This document shows positions 49,554 through 60,393 of a stretch of 64,000 nucleotides of DNA, in pieces. Numbering within the stretch: position 1 is the first letter of the stretch; each line of letters opens with the position of its first letter. The stretch is taken from contig JBLDXI010000007.1 in assembly GCA_047495785.1 (NCBI GenBank), positions 2,914,001 to 2,978,000 on the forward strand, given 5' to 3'. The translations under genes were made by a program, and so were the position numbers. The notes under the pieces were generated by a model that saw only the letters and a program-made list of their open reading frames with translations, searched no databases and was not told the DNA's origin. Origin of the DNA: Lepidodermella squamata. Taxonomy: Eukaryota; Animalia; Gastrotricha.

Positions 49554-51218
49554 AATGAATATATTGATTGCATGTCTTCATGTTTTCTTTTCAGGTAATT
49601 AACACACTTCTATATACAGGTGCGTGAATAAACTGTGTAATTAGCTCGTCGAGAGCGCGCTCAAGTGGGTGTGTGCGCACCCTGTTCACCTGTGTTCACA
49701 TTGCGTGACGCGCATTCGCGTGTGCGCATATATCCACTTCACACCCACTCCGCCCTAATTTTCAATTGTTGCTGTTGATGTTTTGTTGTCATTGCTATTT
49801 GCTCAGAGAATAAAAACTACTTTTATTTCTTATTGTTCAAGTTTTATGAAGTCACCGATTTTTAAGGTGGTCGCGCTGTTTTTCCCCGGTCAGTCATCAT
49901 ATCGCATCGGAATTGCCATTTATTAGCCGAATATTCACTTACCACTAACACTCGTTATATTTATTTTCAATTTTTTCCACTTTTTCATTGGTTCAACTTG
50001 CAGAAAATACCGCAGTAGCCGTCCGCGTTAAACCTGTTTTTTTTACAGGAAAACACAATTTAAGCATATGATTTGTCTCCCTTTTATGTCAGAAAACTGG
50101 CTCTTTAAAATGCGGGTTATTTCGCCGAGTTCGAAACCAATATTTCTAGGTTTCATGAGCCGGTTGTCCGCCTTGAATTCAACGCCTGTTTTCCATATTT
50201 TTCCTCAGTTCTTATTTTCGTTCGATGATTTTTGAAAATTGAACCCCAACGGTCTCCATTATTCCGGCGCTAAAATTGATTTTTTTTCGATTCTTTGAAA
50301 TTTTCTGGATTCTTTTCCTGATCTCCATTGATGCTGCCCCCTAGCCAACATAGGATTTGGTTATTTTCGCTACCTAGTACGATCACCCAGTTAGGGTTAG
50401 GATTGGTTAGGTAGGTAGTTTAGGCACACAGTAAAAAAAAGTTCGCTATTTAGCACTTGGCATTTAGCACAGCCGGTTATTTAGCATAAAAATTGAAACA
50501 ATTTCTTTTATACAATTTTTATAATTTTTACCTATAATTTGCTATTTATCGCCTCGAATTTCATTTTTTGGTAATTAGAAGCTTCAATTTTTCGACTAAA
50601 TAGGAGGCGAAATCGATAATAGAAATCGATATCGGCTCTGTATAGGTAGAGGTACATAGAAGTTCATAAACAGACCGCCGATGGCGCAAATTAAGCGTAA
50701 CCGTTAAATCTATCGGTTTTGAAGTATGATGACGAAATTGAGATTGTGCAGCACCCCATTTTTTGTCTGGAAAAAGCTTAGGTTGCCGAATCGATATGCC
50801 GAATAATATATAATTTCTCTCATTTTATGCTTTTTAAGCCCCATTTTTCTGGTATTATTTCGTATTTTTTGAAAGATTTATGCTCTAAACTCTAGTAAAA
50901 AACTAGTCGCATTAGCTTGATACTTCAGGATAACCTCAAGTCGTGCAACCAGAGATCAAAATTTTGATTTTTGCTTAAATTAAAATCTTTTGAAAATTCA
51001 AAAACATTTTCATACAATTTTAAAATTTAATTTTTTTAATTTGTTTTTTTTCGTGAAATTGTTGCTCAAAATATTTCCAAATTTACAACCTTGGCAGACA
51101 TACCTTCGCCCTTCGGCAAAACTGTTTTGAAGCCTTTATCGACTCGCGTCTCAATTCTTAATCCTCAATAATGAATTTTTTATGAATTAGGTATAGATAT
51201 TTTGAATTCGAAACTGAA

Positions 51219-53013
51219 ATGGAGCTGAATTGTTCACCCGAAATGTTCTGCGTTGCTTTGAGAAAAACGGCTGAAATGCTTGTATTGAGGGCGAGAATAA
51301 CAGCCGTTGAACATGAAGTGGTCAGCATGTTGTCACTCACTGCAGCCGAGAACTATGCCGTATGCCTTGTACCTCTGCGCTTCAGCGGAAAATTCTACAT
51401 AAAGCATAGCATGTATGTTGGGCCCCTGTCTAAGGTTACGATAAATCAATTCATGCTCGACTACATTGCTACACTGAACGACGAAGAGCTAGCGGAGCTG
51501 AACCGAATCGGCGAAAATCTTGGCCGAGTGCCGATTTCTCCTCTCGGCCTCATCACACTTCATCTCGCCGTCGATCAGCGTGATTTCTCGTATTTTCTGC
51601 ACGTGGTCGAGGCGGAACATGGCGAGACAGAACTGCCGCGCTGCGTCCTTGCCGTCCTTGCTGAGACGTTTTTCATGTCGACTAAGAGAGATGAGCCGTT
51701 CACCAAGTCTGCCGTCGATATCCTCGAGTATTTGGCCGCAAGGTGGAGAATTGGTGGCAAGTGGCTGGCGCCGATCATTACGGAGCATCCTTTTTACTCG
51801 CGTGAGTTATATAAATTAGAAATCAGTGTAATTGGAATTTTTATGTTTTTTCCGTGTTATCAAAAAAGTTTCTCTGCAATTTTGTTAATCTAATCCTGAT
51901 TTTGATACTTGGAAAAATTCTCTTTCCAAATAAATTCTCCTGTTTTTCGAAATTTGGTCGATAAAAAGTGAAAACTCACAAAGCGTCAAAAATCATCCAA
52001 ATTTAAAAATCGTAAATGTTTTCGATCGCCAAAAATCAGGGGAAAATGTTAGAATCATCAAAACTTAAAAATAAATTGGCAATCACCTTGCACGCCTTAG
52101 TAACCTTAGTCACCCCAGTTGACGGTTTGTGACTTCATATTGATTTAAAAAATCCCAATAAATTTGGTCCAAAAGCGGGTAACATTACCGAGCATCGGGT
52201 TTTCTGCGGTAAAATCGCAGATAAAGCATGGAAATTGCTTCAAAAGATTATTAAATTATTTTGAAATTTTTTCCAGATCTACTTCGCTGTTTGTTCGCCG
52301 ATTTTGACCGCCATAAATTCAGCGATGAAAGCGCAGCCATCGACCGCCCGAACCGCTCGAAAATCGTCGATATCCTGATCGACAAATTCAGCCATCTGCC
52401 AGCCGACATCTTCCCCTTCGACCTGATAATAGGGCAGATGGCCGTATGTCGTGCTAACATCCCGGATTATGAGACCAAATTGTGCCGCCTGTATGCCATC
52501 GCCTCGAATTCTGCCAACTGGAACTGGCCGCAGCTCTTTTTCGAGTATTATTGGAAAGGCCCGAAATATTTGCGAGTCATACTCGAAATCGCCCTGGTCC
52601 TATTGAAAGCCGGCTTTACTTTCCCTCTCACATCCACTCTGCAAGCATTCTGGGCCAAGAACCTAACCGAGGCCTTTAGCAACCGATTCGCCAATGACGC
52701 CGAATGGCAGTTGTTTGCCAAGATTTTTCTGCTCTTCTTCAACAACTTGGATTTTGACCTGAACAGCGTCACGATAGAACCTGTCCTCTACTGTCAAATT
52801 ACTCTTAAGGAACGTTTGTTGGCTAGTTGCGGGGCGGTGTACCCGTTCTCGCTTCAAGATTGCGCCCGCCGAAGCGTCGCCCGTTGCCTGCCGGTTGGCC
52901 TCATTGAGCACAAGCTGGCTATCAACAGTTTACCGCTGCCGGGCCGATTTCGCGACTTCCTCAACTATGAAGATCTCGAGGCTGCTCTCAAAAACATCTT
53001 GATCAGAAATTGA
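51219..53013 (+). CDS. SOCS-box protein C2; exons 51219..51801 and 52277..53013 (439 aa)
   Basis: Phase-1 C|GTGAGT..TTTTTTCCAG joins in frame. It ends YPFSLQDCARRSVARCLP...INSLPLPGRFRDFLNY. Confidence 0.8.
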
Positions 53014-53938
53014 TCTATCAATTCTTGTAGGAACCATTTCTGTCGCTGTTACTTTGATGATAATCTGTTATTTTACGGCAATTACCGAATTACAAGGCAG
53101 TGTAATTCTGTGTTTTTCAAACCCCCGGCAACCTCTGCTCTCAATTCAGGATTTGCCTTATGATTAGTTTTGATGAAAACTAAAGGTAAAAATGCTTCTT
53201 AGGCACTTACAGGCGCCACATTTTTGTTCTTATTTTTGTTTCAGTGGGCATCAGTTATACTCTTTTTCTAGTTCTATCTGTCGATGAATTCACAAAAATC
53301 TAGAATTTTCGCTCAAAGGCACGTGGCCTCTTTTTCGGTTCTGCCCTATAATTTTTCGAAATTCCATCAACCAATATTCAGGTTTTGCCCTTTATTCAAC
53401 CATGCCTTATATTTCGGTATTGGTTTTTTTCATCGTTTTCATCGCTCTTCTACTGCGGAATTAGTTCTTAAAAGATTGAAAATCGTTTTTTTCACAAAAC
53501 GATTAATCTTTTAATTAATCTTCAATTTCGAATTAATGCTTACCAGGTAAAATTCAATTGAATTTTTGGGTTAATAGCATGCTGATGATATGACAATACA
53601 TCTTGATTTTGACTTGAGTGTCGAAACTTTCAGCTTGTTTCATTTTGATCATTTCGACTGCTCTTAATAATTTTTGAAAAATCTTAAAATTTTTTCAAAA
53701 TTTTGCGGAAAATTTGATTTGATCTTTTTCGCATTATCTTTGTTTATGTTGAACTTTTTTCGTTGCGATACCTGAGAATTAATTTCATTGAATGCTCAAG
53801 ATCAAAACATATCCGGTTCGCTGTTTCGCTGTCGGAAATTTCAGCCTTTTTGTGTTTTCGTTAATCAGTTTTTTAGTAAATAATACCAAAAATGTTGTTT
53901 TTTGAATTTTATTTTAGTTGCGCTGATTTATTTTTGAA

Positions 53939-54564
53939 ATGGAGCCAAATACCGTGTGTTGCGTCGGTAGCAACGACATGTTTTCCAACTGCCCGATTCA
54001 GAGCGACGAGTATTGCCTCGCGTTGGTTGACACCGTTGTGATGCTGATTAACATGGTCCGAGATCAAATCGCCGACCCGCAAGTTCTCGAACTGCTGTCA
54101 TCGCATACGGCTGAGAAATTCACCGCCTGCCTGGCGCCCTTGAGCTGCAATAATTCCGGGTATTTTTTTGTCGGATCGCTCTCAAATCGGCTACCCAGGA
54201 ATGCAAGCTGTGAATTCTACAATTGCGAATTTTATCGCTACTCTGGACGTTTTCGAGCTGGACAGCCTCGAACAAATCTCAGGGTCGAGCAACTGGTGGG
54301 TTGCGCCCCTCGACCTAATTCAGCTGCATTTAGCGGCTGATCTTCGCGATTTCGACTCGTTTCAACGCTTGATGGACGCTTGGCAAGACCGCATCTCGCC
54401 ATGCCTCGTCTCGATTTTAACCGAGTCATTCTTCGTCTCGACGTGTCGCTTCGAACCGTTCGCGCGAGCGGCGGCTCATATAATGGAGCGTTTAGCATCG
54501 TTGTGGAAAATTGGCCAGTGCTGGATGCAATCGTTTCCGAGAATTCACCCTTTTGCTTATGAAT
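53939..54564 (+). pseudogene. Orphan exon 1 of subfamily C (C3)
   Basis: Homologous to C1 exon 1, with a +1 frameshift in the T7 run at about 54165. The donor T|GTAAGT is intact, but there is no C-type exon 2 before the duplication junction at 54954. Confidence 0.75.
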
Positions 54565-56068
54565 GTAAGTTTCAACTAGGTTGAGAACTCATTTATTTGT
54601 AATGTTTTAATTTTACTAATTTTCCATTCTCAAAATTTAATTTGTGAAATTTACTTACCTATGCATCTATGCATACAGTGAAAATCAGAAGTTACGTTCG
54701 GTCAGGAATTTGTTGAGTTGGATCTAAAAATATCTAACACGCGCCCGAACTATTTTTAGATCCAAGCTTGGGTTAAATTCAGCTAAAAAATGAAAAGTGT
54801 AACTCGGACAGACTAAGAAGTTTTGAAAGTTGTAAAAATTGAATATTCATAAGGTGCTAATTAATATTCCGAAGCCCTCAAAGTTGGTGATTATCTCAGA
54901 AAAATTCCGGAAAAATTATTTTTGATTTACCGTTACCTTATGAGCTATGTTTGGAAATTCAGAAAATTGAATTCGATGAATTCTTGGTCGCCCTTTTGAG
55001 GAATATTGCTTTTCGATGTTGGCTACAAGGTTTTGAGACCAGGAAACTGTTATCTTGCATGGTCAGGACATACTAGCAAAATACTCAACCTAAGATTGAA
55101 ATTTCGATTTTTTCAACTTTAAATCGCATAGGTTTCTGATCATTTTTTGATTCAACAAAAAATACCACCGTGTCCGCCATAGTCTCATTGACCTTTGTGT
55201 GATAGATAAAGACAAACGGATTAAGACAAAGCACGGATTAGGAAATATGATAAAATATAAACTAAACTTCAGGATTTTTCCTATTTTTGGAAGTTCGAAG
55301 TCATTTGAGCCATACCTTTCCTCACAAATAATTGAACTACATAGACTCTTGGTGCCAATTCCGGGATACTTGCCCGATCGAAAATTTTTAATTGTTGATA
55401 TGTCTCGTGACTGGCAGGTGCTTGCATTTTTACTTCAAATACTCTACAAAATTGAACTTTTTCATGCCTAAACCGGACTCAGACCCCGAAATCCGTCCGG
55501 TTTATACCACCTGTCCGGTTTAGCCAGTAAATTTATATTGTAAAGTCGACTCTTTTGGATCGAGCCAACCAAAAGCATCCGGTTTAGACAAATTACACTG
55601 TCTTTATATTTTGCTTATAAAATGCAACTTTCAGCTCAACTTTCCGCTTTCAACAAACAAGAACTTGTTGGAGAAGTGTGTGCATGTAGGCGATGTAGGT
55701 TTTTATTGTTACACAGACTGCAGTAAAACCTATTGCCATGAATCCGTCGAGTAGTATACGGTTTACAATGATTAAACGTCAGAAGAGTAATATATAGGCA
55801 TACCTATTGCTTATTATTCATTCAGCTTACTTTTACAATTTCAAATTCTTATTATTATCATTTTTTACATAAGTAGTCACTTGACTGTAAAAAAAAAACC
55901 TGTGGCTATACAGCTTCTAAAATGCTCACGTATTTACCCCCGCCCCCTCCCCCATAGAACCTCCTATTTAGTCCACAAATAAAAAAGGTGTTCCTCCAGC
56001 TAAATAACCACTCGTGCTCAATACCAACGTCTACATATAGCCACAGTTTTTAACAGTGTTGATATTAG

Positions 56069-59000
56069 ATGTTACGATGCTTGCCGCGGAAAAAATCAGA
56101 AATCACTCAACATATCAAAGTGGATGATCACGACTCTTCTATTTGCCGTTCCGTGAAAATCTCTGGAAAATGTGCGATTGTTACGCCCGAGTTTAGTACT
56201 TTGATGGCTAAACAATTAATCTGGCTAGCTAATTCCAGGCACGCCGGCCTCAAAAACATGAAACTGGCCTCGGCGACTGATCACCGCGATTATATCAGGC
56301 TAGTACCAGAAAATCTTTTCGAGGGCTGTTTTTTGGTCTCAACTCTACCGCAAAGCAAGAGGCGGAATCTGCCAATGACTGCCAAAGGTATTATTCAAGC
56401 TATTACGAATCGAAATTCTTCATCGCATGATGATCGAGTCAAATTTGAACCCCTCGACGCTGTCTTGCTCTTTGTCGCTCTTTGTTCCGATGATTTGGCG
56501 ATTTTTCGACGAGTTTACACGGCTAAACTACCAGTGATTCCACCGTGTTTCGCCTCTACTTTGTTAAACAGAGCGTTAAACTATTTCTATGATGACAGCT
56601 GCTCAACGGCGCTTTTTTTAGTCGAAAACGGGGCGGAGTTGAATGATAAAGATGTCGACGGTAAGTGACGATTTCTTTTCACTGAAATTAAACGAGGGAA
56701 TGTATTAGATACCAATCGTATTTTTCCAAAAATAATGATCTGAATTTCATTTTGCGATGATCAAATATTTTTGACACTCCTGAAAGGTCTCTAAAGTCAG
56801 AGAAAAATGAAACACCCTGCGATGTATTCTAGCTTGGCATCTCTGAATATGCCGCAAAGAATATTTCATTTCATTTTCTGCAATTGAAAAGCCGGTGATT
56901 TCGTGTTTTTCGAAGTTTGGCAGGCGACTGGTAAAAGTTGTGAGGTCGATTTTCGAATGCGTAGCTGTGCAATATTATGCCAAATAGTGTCCAAAATTAT
57001 CCGCCAATTTTCTGGAAAACGACCAAAAAATCCAAGATCGATAGAAAAATTGGGAAATTATTCAAGTTTGCTGCAAAATTGTAAAATTCTCTTGTTTCAT
57101 AATTTCTAAACCTAATTTGTAACCTGCGAAAATCTTAGCTTCGCGCTGTAAGCCACTCCAAACTTCAGTGGATTTCAATTCCGTCTGACCAATTCCTTAT
57201 TTTGACAATTTTGTTAGATGAATCTCACCTGAATTTGGGCGACCCAGTTAATTTTCTCTTGATATAAGGAGGATAGAGGCGTTTCTGATGTCTGTAACCC
57301 AAAGAAACTTGAATTCGAATTTTATCTTCAGAATTCAGAATTGACTAGGAAATTGTAAAAAATAAACCAAACATCACTTTTAACAGCCTACCGACATTAT
57401 CTTCCCGAAATTTTCACAAACAGGACATGTTTGCCCCCCGACTTTGTCCCAACGTCAATTTATTCCCAATTTATATTTCCGATTTGACATTGCCTATTCG
57501 ACATTAGCGCAATTAATTTTATAATTTTTCGTTTAATTACTAACGACATTTAGACTATTGATTCCCGACACTTTCGCCTTGAAAAAAATGTTGCCTTGGG
57601 AATAACAGGTGCATGGTTGTATTTATTGTCGAGAATACTATTCAGCGTTCACATAGCATGAGTGAATCCAAAGTTGAATAAATTAGATGTTTTAGTCGTC
57701 GGCGGTTGTTTCGCTGCTAGCTATCGCCCGCTGGATATAGCTGGATATATAGGATAGGTCGTTGCCCACAACACCTGGTTCCACGCCCACACCTGGTAGA
57801 AGACCTGGTAGAATTGCGGCATCTGTTAAGATTACTAACAGTACTTTTAGCTAGAATAATCCCAAAAACCACGGCCCCAAAAACCCCACGGTCACTTATA
57901 ACAGCTTATCAGGTTATTAGCCCGGGCGTTTTTAGAAAATATTTGGCAAAAGCAGAATAAAAGAGGAGTTCTTAGGGTATCGAATGCCGCTTTCCGCAAC
58001 TCCGGACGATTTTACTTCGATTCATGGCTAATTTTTTAGTCACCCAGACACCCGGCCGGAATTAGGGAACGGTGTGTCCTAATTTCGGCCACCTCATCCA
58101 GGTGCGCTTATACCACTAATTTGGTATCGTTAGATTTGTCTCAAAAAGCTGACTTAAAAACCGCCTTTGTTGCTTCACCTGTGAGCTTTTCCTTGACGAC
58201 GTGTTGCCTGAAACTCAAACTTGTTTTGACAGGTACAAGTTTGATAACTTGTTTTCTACCTAATAGCCTAACTGCGGTTGACTTTCTAAAATTCTGGAAA
58301 AATATCTAAAAATCCCTTGCCTCCTGCAGAGTATCGATTTTGTTTTCCCGAATTCAACTCCACTATTGACTGCTAATTTTTGGAATCGAACCCTCGAAAA
58401 CCCTAAAATTGGCCCTCTCGATCTCTTCACCTGGGCGGTTTTAGATAGAATTTTTTATCAGCTTCGCTGGTAAAAATTGAGATGAAAGCAGTAAACTTTA
58501 AAGAGCCAATTTCAGGTATATTATACCTGCTAAGTAGCGGTAACGGAGCACTCGAGAAGCGAAATGAGCCCGCTCGCTCGCATTTAGAATTATTTTTTTG
58601 CGATCACGTGCTTGAAAAATCATGAAACAGATGGGCTCAACAATGCAATTTTCTTGAATTGCGTGAATATAAAACTGCTGCACAGCACTTCGTGTCCAAA
58701 TTTCGGCCGGTGGCCGAAGTTAGGGCGCAGCAGCCGAATTTAGGAAGTGGCCGAAATTAGGGCTCCCTCCTCTACTTAATGCCGATGAATATGCAAATGA
58801 ACGTGTTGTCCAACATTAGCCAATCTGTTTTCGATCGCCATGAATCAGGTAAAAATCGAAAAATCGGGGCTCACCTTACACACCTTTTGCACCAAAAACC
58901 ATCGATTCCTGGGAAAGAACTGAAGATTTTTCATTTTAATCATCGAAAAACATGGTTGTGTCCAAAATCTCCGGCCCTTCGGCAAAATCTCCGGCAAAAT

Positions 59001-59882
59001 CTCCCTGTATTTTTTTATGTTATGAAGCGGACACTTTTTCCTCATGATTCATTCAATTTTTCAGGAGCGTTTTTTGCGATTGTTCGGAGTTTCAATTCAC
59101 TCAGATACCAGTATCAGTCGGTGAAATTGTTGACAAAAAGTCGCCTGTTATCGTTAATGATACCGAAAGTGCCTCCAGCGTGGCTGCTAAATTTCAATGG
59201 AAAACGGGACTTTGTCGATAATTTGAGCATGCTATTACCTGCGATTTGCAACCATCCTGTGATTATGGAGAAAATTTGCGATGCATTTCAACACTCAACG
59301 AGCCGACCGACTTTCAGCTGGGCTGACTTCTTCATTGGCCGCGCAATATTTGCGTCTGTCAATGAAACTCTGGCTAGAGAATACGTCAGTCTAACTTTAA
59401 AATATATCATTCTACCACTTTTACGGTCTGGCTTCACGGCTGGCGAAAATCTTTACTCGTCTCACAACCCAGAGATCTGCATGGTTACTTTTCGCGGCAT
59501 TTGGGAACTACTTAAAAATGAGTCTGAATTGCAGCACAAATTCCTGGCGGCTGTCCTTCAATGCGTCAGCGAAAGAACGTTTGACAGTTGGTCAAGCCGG
59601 ATGGAAGCACTTACGCTATGTCGAGGAAGATCCCAGGCTGAATTCGATCAAATGAAGAAGGCAGTTGAAAATTTAAGGCGGCGATACTTTTTTTGTCTTC
59701 AAAATTCAGCTCGCTCCACAATATTGAGGCAACTACCCTGGGGCATGAGCAGGCGCAAATCGGCTATTGACAGCCTGCCTATTCCGAAATGTCTCGCGAA
59801 TTATCTTCAATTTGATGATCTCGATTTTGCTGTGGATTTTTCGAGTATGAATATGAACGCCATATGGTTTAGTGATAATTAG
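56069..59882 (+). CDS. SOCS-box protein B7; exons 56069..56660 and 59065..59882
   Basis: The family ATG is GTG at 56120, and there is an in-frame upstream ATG at 56069. Splice sites are intact and the SOCS box has LPIP. Confidence 0.75.
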
Positions 59883-60393
59883 AATGAATATATTTATTGC
59901 ATGTCTTTATTCTTTATGTTTTCTTTTCAGTTAATTAACACTTGAATACAGGTGCGTGAATAAACGGTGTAATTAGCTCGTCGAGAGCGCGCTGAAGTGG
60001 ATGTGTGCGCACCCTGTTACCTGGGTTCCCATTGCGTGACGCGCATTCGTGTGCGCGCATATATCCACTTCACACCCACTCCGCCCTAATTTTCAATTGT
60101 CGCTGTTGATGTTTTGTTGTCATTGCTATTTGCTCAGAGAATAAAGACTACTTTTATTTCTTATTGTTCAAGTATTATGAAGTCACGCTGTTTTTCCCCG
60201 GTCAGTCATCATATCGAATCGAATTGCCATTTATTTGCCATTTATTAGCCGACACTCGTTCCATAATTTTTCAATTTTTCGACTTTTTCATTGGTTCAAC
60301 TTGCCGAAAATGCCGCAGTAGCTGTCCGCATTGAGCCTGTTTTTTTTACAGGAAAACTCAAATTGAGCATATGATTTGTCTCTCTTTTATGTC

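Noticed and set aside
58030-58775. Repeated GGCCGAA(A/G)TTAGG motifs in both orientations
   Set aside because: Probably a decayed DNA transposon, but I could not define matching termini or a TSD.
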